Assembly: GCA_002269645.1 (NCBI GenBank)
Contig: NIVC01001126.1
Location: 186,001-250,000 of the forward strand
DNA length: 64,000 nucleotides
Direction of reading: 5' to 3'
Source: Macrostomum lignano
Lineage: Eukaryota
The position numbers and the translations under genes are program-made. The notes beneath the pieces were generated by a model, which was not told where the DNA came from, did not search any database, and worked only from the letters and a program-made list of their open reading frames with translations. Of the stretch, positions 1 through 21,506 are shown piece after piece. The number at the start of each line of letters is the position of its first letter. Position 1 is the stretch's first letter.

Positions 1-246
1 ACAGGGATAATTAGGGACTGAGACAGGGATAATTAGGGACTGAGACAGGGATAATTAGGGACTGAGACAGGGATAATTAGGGACTGAGACAGGGATAATT
101 AGGGACTGAGACAGGGATAATTAGGGACTGAGACAGGGATAATTAGGGACTGAGACAGGGATAATTAGGGACTGAGACAGGGATAATTAGGGACTGAGAC
201 AGGGATAATTAGGGACTGAGACAGGGATAATTAGGGACTGAGACAG
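1..246. repeat. 22-bp tandem array (acagggataattagggactgag)n, cut by window start
   Basis: About 11 near-perfect copies read directly. Confidence 0.95.
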
Positions 247-267
247 GAAAAATGCAGAGACCATAAA

Positions 268-1713
268 AGTACACAGACCAGAGCAGTACACAGACCAGAG
301 CAGTACACAGACCAGAACAGTACACAGATCAAAAACAGTACACAGATCAAAAACAGTACACAGATCATAGCAGCACACAGACCAAAACAGTACACAGATC
401 AAAACAGTACACAGATCAAAACAGTACACAGACCAGAACAGTACACAGATCATAGCAGCACACAGACCAAAACAGTACACAGATCAAAACAGTACACAGA
501 TCAAAAACAGTACACAGATCATAGCAGCACACAGACCAAAACAGTACACAGATCAAAACAGTACACAGATCAAAACAGTACACAGACCAGAACAGTACAC
601 AGATCATAGCAGCACACAGACCAAAACAGTACACAGATCAAAACAGTACACAGATCAAAAACAGTACACAGATCATAGCAGCACACAGACCAAAACAGTA
701 CACAGATCAAAACAGTACACAGATCAAAACAGTACACAGACCAGAACAGTACACAGATCAAAAACAGTACACAGAGCAGAGCAGTACACAGACCAAAACA
801 GTACACAGATCAAAACAGTACACAGACTAGAACAGTACACAGATCAAAAACAGTACACAGAGCAGAGCAGTACACAGACCAAAACAGTACACAGATCAAA
901 ACAGTACACAGACCAGAACAGTACACAGACCAGAAGAGTACACAGAGCAGAACAGTACACAGATAAAAACAGTACACAGAGCAGAACAGTACACATCAAA
1001 ACAGTACACTGAGCAGAACAGTACACAGACCAGAGCAGTACACAGACCAGAGCAGTACACATATCAAAACAGTACACATATCAAAACAGTACACAGAGCA
1101 GAACAGTACACAGAGCAGAGGAGTACACAGAGCAGAACAGTACACTGACCAGAGCAGTACACAGATAAAAGCAGCACACAGAGCAGAGCAGTACACAGAC
1201 CAGAGCAGTACACAGACCAGAGCAGTACACAGAGCAGAACAGTACACAGAGCAGAACAGTACACAGAGCAGAACAGTACACAGAGCAGAACAGTACACAG
1301 AGCAGAACAGTACACTGACCAGAGCAGTACACAGATAAAAGCAGCACACAGAGCAGAGCAGTACACAGAGCAGAGCAGTACACAGACCAGAGCAGTACAC
1401 AGAGCAGAGCAGTACACAGAGCAGAGCAGTACACAGACCAGAGCAGTACACAGAGCAGAGCAGTACACAGAGCAGAGCAGTACACAGACCAGAGCAGTAC
1501 ACAGAGCAGAGCAGTACACAGACCAGAGCAGTACACAGAGCAGAGCAGTACACAGAGCAGAGCAGTACACAGACCAGAGCAGTACACAGACCAGAACAGT
1601 ACACAGAGCAGAACAGTACACAGAGCAGAACAGTACACAGAGTATAACAGTACACAGACCAGAGCAGTACACAGAGCAAAACAGTTCACAGAGCAGAACG
1701 GTACACAGACCAG
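268..1713. repeat. ~17-bp minisatellite (cagtacacagaccagaa / cagtacacagagcagag variants)
   Basis: Continuous array. It explains the Cys/Leu/Val-rich minus-strand ORFs from 187 to 1908. Confidence 0.95.
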
Positions 1714-2132
1714 AACGGTTAGGCTAAGACAAAGTAAGCTGTAAAAGAGTAGCAGAGGGAGACAACAGTTATATAGAATTGTAGAGAGAGATGCCAGAGG
1801 TTGAGAAGAATAGGAACGAATTAAAACACACACACACACACACACATATCTAGCTCGTATCGGCCATCGAAGGCGCCTAGAAAGGCAATGGAGGTGCCAA
1901 AAGCCCAAGCCTTAAGCTATATATACCTGCCTAATTAGTTTTCGTATGTTGGAGTAGGTTTTCTCATGCACAGCGGCATTGTGATGCTCATTTTTGGGGT
2001 CGCTAACCCCCTAGCCAAAGAGTTGAACAATATAAAATTTCAAAGCCCAGAGTCCAATTTGAGCTATAAAACTGTTTGACAGAAATAAACTGCTGCAGCA
2101 TCTGGTTTTAAAACTTAGAGAAAATTTTGCAG

Positions 2133-3522
2133 TTCTTTAACGCAATCACTTTGAGAATGCAGCAACGCGAACGGAGTGGCACTTTGTTCAGCTACTTTAA
2201 TAGCAATGATGGGTGAGTGAGAATTCTGTGCTCTGGATGGTTGCTAACGTGTGTTGTGGATGTTGACTCATTTTTGGCGCTATATTGACTCTTTCTAGTA
2301 GCTGCTGACTCATTTTAGGCGCTATGCGGACTCTTTCTAGTGGCTACTGACTCATCTTTGGCGCTATACTGACTCTCTAGTAGCTGCTGACTCATCTTTG
2401 GCGCTATACTGACTCTCTAGTAGCTGCTGACTCATCTTTGGCGCTATACTGACTCTCTAGTAGCTGCTGACTCATTTTAGGCTTTATGCTGACTCTTTCT
2501 AGTGGCTGCTGACTCATTTTTGGCGCTATGCTGACTCTTTCTAGTGGCTGCGGACTCATTTTTGGCGCTATACTGACTCTTTCTAGCGGCTGCTGACTCA
2601 TTTTTGGCGCTATTCTGACTCTTTCTAGTGGCTGCTGACTCATTTTAGGCTTTATGCTGACTCTTTCTAGTGGCTACTGACTCATCTTTGGCGCTATACT
2701 GACTCTCTAGTAGCTGCTGACTCATCTTTGGCGCTATACTGACTCTCTAGTAGCTGCTGACTCATTTTAGGCTTTATGCTGACTCTTTCTAGTGGCTGCT
2801 GACTCATTTTTGGCGCTATGCTGACTCTTTCTAGTGGCTGCGGACTCATTTTTGGCGCTATACTGACTCTTTCTAGCGGCTGCTGACTCATTTTTGGCGC
2901 TATTCTGACTCTTTCTAGTGGCTGCTGACTCATTTTAGGCTTTATGCTGACTCTTTCTAGTGGCTACTGACTCATCTTTGGCGCTATACTGACTCTCTAG
3001 TAGCTGCTGACTCATCTTTGGCGCTATACTGACTCTCTAGTAGCTGCTGACTCATTTTTGGCGCTATGCTGACTCTTTCTAGTGGCTGCTGACTCATTTT
3101 TGGCGCTATACTGACTCTTTCTAGTGGCTGCTGACTCATTTTTGGCGCTATACTGACTCTTTCTAATGGCTGCTGACTCATTTTTGGCGCTATACTGACT
3201 CTTTCTAGTAGCTGCCGACTCATTTTCGATGCTTTTAACTCATTCTCCGTCACGGGTACTGACTCACGCAGACTCACGTACGCTCGTAGCATCTTATACA
3301 TGCAGTTGTCTAGCTACTCTAGTACGAGTGAAGCCAGATCTACCAGCAGCCAAGGCATTTTTACTCAAAACTGGCAAGAAAAAGTACTCTAGTACACCGA
3401 GCGGAAGAGATGGAAAAATTGCTAAGCTTGCCCTGTCCCTGACCAAACAGTTGCTATGGCGACCGCGAGAGTTGTTGCAGCTTCTCTTTTGCTATGGGAA
3501 AATTATTCTATCCCACACATAA
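2133..3522 (+). CDS. Possible 3' exons of an unidentified gene (2133-2212 and 3306-3522)
   Basis: ttttgcag|FFNAITLRMQQRERSGTLFSYFNSND(GG)|gtgagt joins in phase 2 to atgcag|(T)CLATLVRVKPDLPAAKAFLLKTG...SHT*. The intron between them is filled by a ~41-bp array. No family recognised. Confidence 0.3.
2255..3228. repeat. ~40-42-bp minisatellite (gctgactcatttttggcgctatactgactctttctagtg) with a 290-bp higher-order duplication
   Basis: ORFs 2404-2643 and 2694-2933 are identical and 290 bp apart. Confidence 0.9.
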
Positions 3523-3597
3523 CACGACCGTTCCTTCCCATCCAAGTTCATGAAGGTGTCAGTCCAAGGCCTTCAAAAACTATTGGCTTATCTTGCC

Positions 3598-5518
3598 CCC
3601 TGACTCCAGTTTTAGTACAAGTGATGACTCTTAGTTTTGGTGCCAGTGACTGTTTAGAGTTTCGGCGCCAGTGACTCTTTAGTTTCGGCGCCAGGGATTC
3701 TTTAGTTTTGGTGCCAGTGACTCTTTAGTTTTGGTGCCAGTGACTCTTTAGTTTCGGCGCCAGGGATTCTTTAGTTTTGGTGCCAGTGACTCTTAGTTTT
3801 GGTGCCAGTGACTGTTTAGAGTTTCGGCGCCAGTGATTCTTTAGTTTTGGTGCCCGTGACTCTTTAGTTTTGGCGCAAGTGACTCTTTAGAGTTTTGGTG
3901 CCAGTGACTCTTTAGAGTTTTGGTGCCAGTGACTGTTTAGAGTTTCGGCGCCAATGATTCTTTAGTTTTGGTGCCAGTGACTCTTTAGAGTTTTGGTGCC
4001 AGTGACTCTAGAGTTTTGGTGCCCGTGACTCTTTAGAGTTTTGGTGCCAGTGACCCTTTAGTTTTGGTGCCAATGACCCTTTAGTTTTGGTGCCAGTTAC
4101 TCTTTAGTTTCGGCGCCAGTGACTCTTTAGTTTGGCGCCAGTGATTCTTTAGTTTTGGTGCCAATAACCCTTTAGTTTTGGTGCCAGTGACTCTTTAGTT
4201 TTGGTGCCAGTGACTCTTTAGTTTGACGCCAGTGACCCTTTAGTTTTGGTGCCAATGACCCTTTAGTTTTGGTGCCAATGACCCTTTAGTTTTGGCGCCA
4301 GTGATTCTTTAGTTTTGGTGCCAATGACCCTTTAGTTTTGGTGCCAGTGACTCTTTAGTTTTGGTGCCAGTGACTCTTTAGTTTGGCGCCAGTGACCCTT
4401 TAGTTTTGGTGTAAATGACCCTTTAGTTTTGGTGCCACTGACTCTTTAGTTTTGGTGCCAGTGACTCTTTAGTTTCGGCGCCAGTGATTCTTTAGTTTTG
4501 GCGCCAGTGACTCTTTAGTTTTGGTGCCAGTGACTCTTTAGAGTTTTGGTGCCAGTGACTCTTTAGTTTTGATGCCAGTGATTCTTTAGTTTTGGCGCCA
4601 GTGACTCTTCAGTTTTGATGCCAGTGACTCTTTAGTTTTGGTGCCAGTGACTCTTTAGTTTTGGTGCCAATGACCCTTTAGTTTTGGTGCCAGTTACTCT
4701 TTAGTTTCGGCGCCAGTGACTCTTTAGTTTTGGTGCCAATGACCCTTTAGTTTTGGTGCCAATGACCCTTTAGTTTTGGCGCCAGTGACTCTTTAGTTTC
4801 GGCGCCAGTGACTCTTTAGTTTGGCGCCAGTGATTCTTTAGTTTTGGTGCCAATGACCCTTTAGTTTTGGCGCCAGTGACTCTTTAGTTTCGGCGCCAGT
4901 GACTCTTTAGTTTGGCGCCAGTGATTCTTTAGTTTTGGTGCCAATGACCCTTTAGTTTTGGTGCCAGTGACTCTTTAGTTTTGGTGCCAGTGACTCTTTA
5001 GTTTGGCGCCAGTGACCCTTTAGTTTTGGTGTAAATGACCCTTTAGTTTTGGTGCCACTGACTCTTTAGTTTTGGTGCCAGTGACTCTTTAGTTTCGGCG
5101 CCAGTGATTCTTTAGTTTTGGCGCCAGTGACTCTTTAGTTTTGGTGCCAGTGACTCTTTAGAGTTTTGGTGCCAGTGACTCTTTAGTTTTGATGCCAGTG
5201 ATTCTTTAGTTTTGGCGCCAGTGACTCTTCAGTTTTGATGCCAGTGACTCTTTAGTTTTGGTGCCAGTGACTCTTTAGTTTTGGTGCCAGTGACTCTTTA
5301 GAGTTTTGGTGCCAGTGACTCTTTAGTTTTGATGCCAGTGATTCTTTAGTTTTGGCGCCAGTGACTCTTCAGTTTTGATGCCAGTGACTCTTTAGAGTTT
5401 TGGTGCCAGTGACTCTTTAGAGTTTTGGTGCCAGTGACTCTTTAGTTTTGATGCCAGTGATTCTTTAGTTTTGGCGCCAGTGACTCTTCAGTTTTGATGC
5501 CAGTGACTCTTTAGTTTT
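3598..5518. repeat. ~23-bp minisatellite (tttagttttggtgccagtgactc)n
   Basis: Continuous 1.9-kb array with 22-25-bp variants. Confidence 0.95.
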
Positions 5519-6087
5519 GCCTCCCTGCAAAACTTGATGGTATGAATATACCTTGCATTGAATTCATAACATAACCTGCATCCATCCTCAACTCATCTGA
5601 ATCGTCTTAACATTGATTAGCTTAGCTACTGCAGTGCTGTACTCTGCCCAAACAGCAGCAGCAGCAGCAGGCTGAGAACACTTCCCAAAGCTGCAGGTGT
5701 AAGTCAGGGAGAGCACAGTCAGAAAAGAAAGGGAATGAGGGGAAGAGAAAGAGAGAGTAGGAGGGGAGAGACGGTGACATGAAAGCTTAGAAATTTCCTT
5801 CCCTCTCCTACCGGAATCCCCCAGCAGGCAGTTGCGAACAAATTGGAAGAAGCTTCCGTTTTGCTGCAGTGGCTAAGCTGGTTATAGAGAGGCAAAAACG
5901 GTCTGGATCTATCTGCTTTTTCTGCAGCCAATAGCTCTGGCAGAATCCTAGCTCTCGTCATTCTTTGGCTGCCACAGTTCTCAACTTCCATTTTTTACCT
6001 TCTTTTCCAATCCCAAGCGACCAGAAGCAGAAACAGAAGCAGCAGCACGCCAAAGCCGCTAAGCCCTACCGACGACCAGAAGCAGCA

Positions 6088-7332
6088 ATGGAAGCCAGCA
6101 ACGCCAGAGCGGGAACTGGTCATCAAGATGGCAAAGACGCTGTAAACCAGGACAAGATTTGGAGACAGTTTCTTGAGAATGAGCAACGGCTTGACAAGCA
6201 GTGGTAAGTTGTGCGTGACCATGGTGATCTGTCAGTCAGCTTGTCTTTCCATCTGTTAATCAGGCTGTCTTTCTACCTGTCAATCAGCCTGTCTTCTAAC
6301 CTATCAATCAGACTGTCTTCCTACCTGTCAATCAGCCTGTCTTCTAACCTGTTAATCAGCCTGTCTTCTAACCTGTTAATCAGCCTGTCTTCCTACCTGT
6401 CAATCAGCCTGTCTTCCTACTGGTCAATCAGGTTGTCTTCCTACCTGTTAATCAGGCTGTCTTCCTACCTGTCAATCAGCCTGTCTTCTAACCTGTTAAT
6501 CAGCCGGTCTTCCTACCCGTCAATCAGGCTCTTTTAATACCTGTAAATCCTGTCTTTCCACGTGTTAACCAGCCTGTCTTCCTACCTGTTAATCAGCCTG
6601 TCAATCAGCATGTCTTCTAACCTGTTAATCAGCCGGTCTTCCTACCTGCCAATCAGGCTGTCTTAATACCTGTCAGTCAGATTGTCAATTCCTACCTGTT
6701 AATCAGCCGGTCTTTTTACCTGTCAATCAGGCTGTCTTAATACCTGTAAATCCTGTCTTCCCACGTGTTAATCAGCCTGTCTTCTAACCTGTTAATCAGC
6801 TTGTCTTCCTACCTGTCAATCAGCCTGTCTTCCTACTCGTCAACTCGTCAAAACAGCCTGTCTTTCTACCTGTCAATCAGGCTGTTTTTTGCACCTGTCA
6901 ATCAGCCATACTATCTGTCAATCAGCTTGTCAGAATCTGAATCAGAATCTGAATGTAATCATTAATTTAGCTACATTTTTAATTTCACACGCACGCAGGG
7001 AGCAGAACTGGGGCTTCATCTGCGAGTTTGATCCAAAGGTAACCACTCTAAGCTACTCAAAAAACTATATTGCAATTTTCTAAAGTTCATTCTGTACATG
7101 TACTTCAATACAAAATCATCCTCCGATTGCTCTGCTTCAGGGCAATACCAAGACTAAGAAAGTTCTCCCGGAAGAAGCATCTGTTTATTCCGAGAAGGTG
7201 CCGAACACGGACGCTGGTAACTATGGCAACCGATTGGCAACGGAGGCTGGACAGCGAGTGGCGCAGATGCAGGCCAAATTTGAGACGCAGAATCGCAGAT
7301 CAAAGCCGGACAAGGATATCATTTGTTACTGA
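6088..7332 (+). CDS. C2orf50: C2orf50/CIMIP5-like ciliary microtubule inner protein, 3 exons (6088-6203, 6999-7038, 7141-7332), ~115 aa
   Basis: The GT/AG junctions are phase-consistent. The product contains DAVNQDKIWRQFLENEQRLDKQWEQNWGFICEFDPKGN...VPNT..G.RL, which follows the family pattern QD.IWR...E.....W.QNW.F...DP.GN as I recall it. Confidence 0.8.
6228..6925. repeat. Degenerate ~24-bp minisatellite (ctgtcttcctacctgtcaatcagc) in intron 1 of the C2orf50-like gene
   Basis: Read directly. Confidence 0.9.
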
Positions 7333-7587
7333 GCACAGGATAAACGGACTAATTATTTGTTTAACTAACCCAGCGTGCAGATAAATTATTATTCTACTTC
7401 GTATGAGCGTATTTTGAAAATTCATAAAATAGATAAAACTTGAAGCGATATGCGATCTTTTGCAAAAACGATGAACGCAATTCAATACAATTAAATAAAA
7501 ACAAACTTCAAATCTTAAATGTTCCTTCTTTTAACGACCAATTATGCCATCTTTCAGCAATTTTACTAAACCGGGCAAACAAAGAAA

Positions 7588-9035
7588 AGGCCTATTGAAC
7601 AGGTAAAAGGGTCTATTGAACAGGTGAAAGAGCCTATTGAACAGGTGAAAGAGCCTATTGAACGGGTGAAAGAGCCTATTGAACAGGTGAAAGAGCCTAT
7701 TGAACAGGTGAAAGAGCCTATTGAACAGGTGAAAGAGCCTATTGAACAGGTGAAAGAGCCTTTTGAACAGGTGAAAGAGCCTATTGAACAGGTGAAAGAG
7801 CCTATTGAACAGGTGAAAGGGCCTATTGAACAGGTAAAAAGGCCTATTGAACAGGTAAAAAGGCCTATTGAACAGGTGAAAGGGCCTATTGAACAGGTAA
7901 AAGGGCCTATTGAACAGGTGAAAGAGCCTATTGAACAGGTGAAAGGGCCTATTAAACAGATGAAAGAGCCTATTGAACAGGTGAAAGAGCCTATTGAACA
8001 GGTGAAAGAGCCTATTGAACAGGTGAAAGAGCATATTGAACAGATAAAACGGTCTATTGAACAAGTGAAAGGGTCTACTGAACAGGTGAAAGAGCATATT
8101 GAACAGGTGAAAGAGCCTATTGAACAGGTGAAAGAGCCTATTGAACAGGTGAAAGAGCCTATTGAACAGGTGAAAGAGCCTATTGAACAGGTGAAAGGGT
8201 CTATTGAACAGGTGAAAGAGCCTATTGAACAGGTGAAAGAGCCTATTGAACAGGTGAAAGAGCCTATTGAACAGGTGAAAGAGCCTATTGAACAGGTGAA
8301 AGGGCCTATTGAACAGGTGAAAGAGCCTATTGAACGGGTGAAAGAGCCTATTGAACAGGTGAAAGAGCCTATTGAACAGGTGAAAGAGCCTATTGAACAG
8401 GTGAAAGGGCCTATTGAACAGGTAAAAAGGCCTATTGAACAGGTAAAAAGGCCTATTGAACAGGTGAAAGGGCCTATTGAACAGGTAAAAGGGCCTATTG
8501 AACAGGTGAAAGAGCCTATTGAACAGGTGAAAGGGCCTATTAAACAGATGAAAGAGCCTATTGAACAGGTGAAAGAGCCTATTGAACAGGTGAAAGAGCC
8601 TATTGAACAGGTGAAAGAGCATATTGAACAGATAAAACGGTCTATTGAACAAGTGAAAGGGTCTACTGAACAGGTGAAAGAGCATATTGAACAGGTGAAA
8701 GAGCCTATTGAACAGGTGAAAGAGCCTATTGAACAGGTGAAAGAGCCTATTGAACAGGTGAAAGAGCCTATTGAACAGGTGAAAGAGCCTATTGAACAGG
8801 TGAAAGAGCATATTGAACAGATAAAACGGTCTATTGAACAAGTGAAAGGGTCTACTGAACAGGTGAAAGAGCATATTGAACAGGTGAAGAGGGTCTATTC
8901 AACAGGTGAAATGGCCTATTGAACGGGTGAAAGAGCCTATTGAACAGGTAAAAGGTTCTATTGAACAGGTGAAAGGCTTATTAAACAGGTAAAAGGTTCT
9001 ATTGAACAGGTGAAAGGGTCTATTTAACAGGTGAA
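7588..9035. repeat. 21-bp minisatellite (gagcctattgaacaggtgaaa)n with a 588-bp internal duplication
   Basis: The variant attaaacagatg recurs at 7951 and 8539 (28 units apart). The array produces the KEPIEQV and LFNRLFH ORFs. Confidence 0.95.
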
Positions 9036-10245
9036 AGTTTATTAGAACCATAAGAAAGAAATTAAATACCTTGTAAAATAAATCATAACGCAGTACAAAG
9101 ACAGTAGCATGTGTTGTTTGTTCTTTTTTCTTTCTCATTCGTGATAGCTTTTTACTAAGTATAGTTTCTGCTTAATATTTTATTCAAATTTTATTGCTGA
9201 GCCAAGCGAGAAAGCAAAACACAATACAATTTGAAAAACAAACAAAAATAACGCAGAGAAAAAACATTAAAAACAGGGAGCAAACAACAAAGATTTTAAG
9301 TGATGGGATTAGGATAAAAAAGGGAATTAACTGGTAGAACTGGTTTCTGAAAACAACGGATATAAAAGTTTGTTTTATATTTTATTGCATTCATTTGAAT
9401 TATTAATAATTAGAAAGTTGAAATTGCCAAATATTTATTGCATCAGTGACCAAACAAGAGCGCTGCATTTAAAGCTATTAAGAAACTAATTAAAATTTAC
9501 TTAATTATATAGGAAGAAAAGGTTGGAAACAGCTTGATTTGCTGTGAACTGTGAATAGCGATTCACGACAGACACACAGTCTCTGCTCTTTAACACTGCT
9601 CTGCCAGTCTTATCACAGGCGAATTACGAAATTATTTATCATATATATAAACATAAAACTGATTTATTTACCATATGCGCTTCATGCTACTTAAAACAAA
9701 TTAACGGCGACAGTAGGAAAAATAGAAAATTTAATTATTAGATAAATTTAAATATTTTCATTAATACATTTTATGCCTACTTCGGTACATAGAAGACAGG
9801 AAGAAAAGGACAAGATTTCGGCGGCCCATATTTATATTTTGACGTCCTAATCTATTTCCAGTAGTAACTTAAGCTTAAGTTAAAATAAGTTAAGCAATAA
9901 TCATTTATTCAGTAGCACAGTGAAACAAATTAGCTTTAGAAATTAGTTTAACTATTAATTTACAAATGTAACAAGTTCTAAACCCAGTCACATATTCCAC
10001 TATTGGTAATAACCACAGATACTGCAGTAACTAGATATGTCGTTCGCAATTAAAATTGTTAAAAAGCAGAGCCACTACTCATTATTCAGTAGTTTGTCTG
10101 AGCAGTGCCACTCGAATTTTATGTGGCAGCTAAAATTTCCTTTTCTTCCTCGGGGTTTACTAACTCCGGACCAAATGGGGTTAAGAATGAACCACAAGCA
10201 GTTAACTCGATGTTACAACAAGTAAACGCAAGGGGGACAAAACAA

Positions 10246-10463
10246 GGGGCAGGCCTAATCTGGCTCAGCCAATGAGAGAGCAGTAAGGAGAGAGGTCAAA
10301 GTCAGAAGGACGAAACTCAGTTTAGGGGGCAGGCCTAATCTGGCTCAGCCAATGAGAGAGCAGTAAGGAGAGAGGTCAAAGTCAGACGAACGAAACTCAG
10401 CCTAGGGGTGGGGGCAATTCAGATCAGCCAATGAGAGAGCAGTAAGGAGAGAGGTCAAAGTCA
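10246..10463. repeat. Three ~80-bp tandem units, each with CCAAT and AGGTCAAAGTCA
   Basis: cagccaatgagagagcagtaaggagagaggtcaaagtca is present three times. Confidence 0.85.
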
Positions 10464-11165
10464 CACACAAGAGGGCAAGAGGAAAGCAAAAACTAGTTTA
10501 TCGGCCTGGCTGCAGGCTGGGGCGCCACCCCTTTTCTCTTGCTCGCCACGCACACGCGCTGGATTTGGCTCTCTCTTTTTAAATAATTTCGAGTCTGAGG
10601 CAGTCTGGAGTCGGTAAAACAAGGAAGATGCAAACTTAGTGGACCGTGTTTGTAGAGAACCAGAAGCAATTATTTCAGCTTGAAATACGTAAATATCTTG
10701 TAAAATTTCATAACTTTTTTCTTTACTTATTACTAAAGACAAAAAACGCAGATTCTGCTACTGAAAAAGGGTAGGTGAGTGCATTTTTTGCGAGTGACAT
10801 ATCTACTGATTCTAACATCTGTCGTAATACTCGTAACTAGCAAACTACAGTTTTTTTACAATACGGCACTAGCGCCATTATAAATTATCGTTCAAAGCAG
10901 TTTATGCTCAATAATTTAGAGTTGAGTGCTCATCATACTTGTTACTAAACACTAAACAGCAAGCAATGAAATCAAGTTTTGCAGTCTCGCAAAGCTGAAG
11001 AAAACAAAATATAGCATTTATTAGAACATTTATTAAACACATTTGCGCCAGAAAAAACCGTGCAGACACTGACGTTCAAAATTGTTGCGCTTGACTTTTT
11101 GCTTGAATATAGAAGAAGCCGATCAGCAACAGGTGAATTTATTCTGATGAAGGTCGGATTGCACT

Positions 11166-19548
<8,383 letters not shown>

Positions 19549-21506
19549 AGTTGGTTGAGAGCCAAGTTTAGTTAGCTTTCACGGTTGGTAACAAAGATTG
19601 AGAAGTATAAATGACCTTTTATGAAGAAAAAATTGCGTATTTTTCAGCAATAAAAATAGTTTATTAAGAAATTTAATTTAATTAATTAAAATGCTAAGCT
19701 ATAAACACACATTAAATTATGTCTAAATTTTATCTACTCACTTTAGTTAGTTTAAACTCATTATGAAAATAAAAATATAGGGACAAGTATTGAGTAGTCC
19801 CTAATAGGATAACTATTTATGAGGTATTTATTTTAGTTACTATGTAAATAACACTGGCAATATTTATATGGACCATGCAAATGATGCTTGTCTTACTTTA
19901 AACCAAAAAATGGCCATGGTCTGTGCACTACCCCTAAGTTGTTTTTGCACTGTGGACTAGTGATAGACCAAATATGGGTTTTTGCAAGTTTCCAAAACCA
20001 AATCCAACTGTACAAAAAATTTTTGAATCTGAATCTGTATATTTGAATATGTTTCCAAATGTAAGCAAAAAGTAAAAGGTAAATGACTAGAGTAACTATG
20101 ACACTTTTAAGGAACAAATTATTAGCAAACTCCTATCCTGGCTGATGAAATCCAATTTCCAGCTTGTAGTGCACATTTTTCTGATGGGTACAACAGTATT
20201 GTCTTAGCATTTATTTGCTTGCAGTTGTACCATTGGTGTTAAGAAAAGATGTGCAGCTTGAAAGCTATTGCTTACAAGTAGTATATAGTTTGCAAAGTAA
20301 AGAAATTAACAATTGATTAACAAGTTCTAAGCCAATTATCCTAGTCTTGACTTCTTTATATTTTTATAGTTCTCTACAATCGTAAGTCTTAATTATTTAA
20401 ATTTATTTCTTTTTAAACTGGTAAAACTAAGTAGACATGCTTATTTAATTAGCTTAGACTACTTGTAGAAAATCAGACAACTTTTGCAGCTTTGAAAACT
20501 TTAAATATTGTTTAAAACTAGATAAATTTTTATTTCACTTTTATAGGCCTAAAAGCAAAAATGCTAATTTTGCTATTGAAAAAAGTAGAGAAATGCATTT
20601 TTTTGCAAGTGAGATTTCTAGTTATTCTAATATCTATGGGTGCACTTGAACCAATGAGCAATCTTTGGCTCTTTTAGATGGGCTAGGTCTTATTAGCTAA
20701 GCTTGTCAATTGTAAGCCCCCAAATTATCTCTAGCCTCTATATCTAAATTTGTTGTCATTAGGTTATTATACACATTTGCATTGGTTAATTAATATTCAA
20801 AAGGGAATTGTTAGCCTAAATCTAAGATATTAGTGATTTGGGATAGGCCTATATTAGTAATATAGAGGCCTAGCTTATATAAATAAGTTTATAATGAGTA
20901 AAAAAGGTATATTTTAAGTTTTGTTCTAATAATACATTCAACTAGGGGCTATGGCAAGATGAAATTTCAAATTGCTTCCATATAACCCACCTGCTTTGCC
21001 TTGCACTAAACTAGTTTATTATATAGAATCACAAGACAATAAATAATGAATAGTTCTCTGATTCTTCTTTGATACAAATTAGCCTATTAGGCCTATAAAT
21101 ATAAATCTGAGGGAATTAGGCTAGGGATAGACTGATTGTCTCTAGATGCAACCTTTATGCTTAGTTACCAAAGTCAATCTATATGGCAGAGTAATAGACT
21201 AGGTCCAAGAACCTATATAACTTTTGCCAACACATTTTCAGACACATCCTTTAACACTTTTTTATAACACTTAAAATGTCATGTGTTTCTATAAGTATAG
21301 GAAAAAGTATCAATACTGTTGGTAGATAGTGTTAGGGCTATATATCAATCTATATACTGTATAAGTACAACTAGGCCTATATGATATAATGGGATTGCAA
21401 GTTTCATAATTGCAAGTTGTAATTATATTTTGCTAGACCTTATTGATCTGTTGCTATATGTATATAATGTACATGTGGGATAGTTTTTTCTTATAATATA
21501 AATCAG

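Noticed and set aside
187-1908. Cys-rich minus-strand ORFs resembling metallothionein or keratin-associated proteins
   Set aside because: Translations of the 17-bp array in all frames.
5719-5991. Possible divergent gene head-to-head with the C2orf50-like gene (MEVENCGSQRMTRARILPELL...)
   Set aside because: The only donor (phase 0) leads to an early stop in the next candidate exon, and there is no recognisable homology.
7531-8922. 432-aa (KEPIEQV)n and 447-aa (LFNRLFH)n ORFs resembling coiled-coil or repeat proteins
   Set aside because: A 21-bp unit that lacks stops on both strands. There is no unique flanking coding sequence or splice link; it lies just past the C2orf50-like stop.
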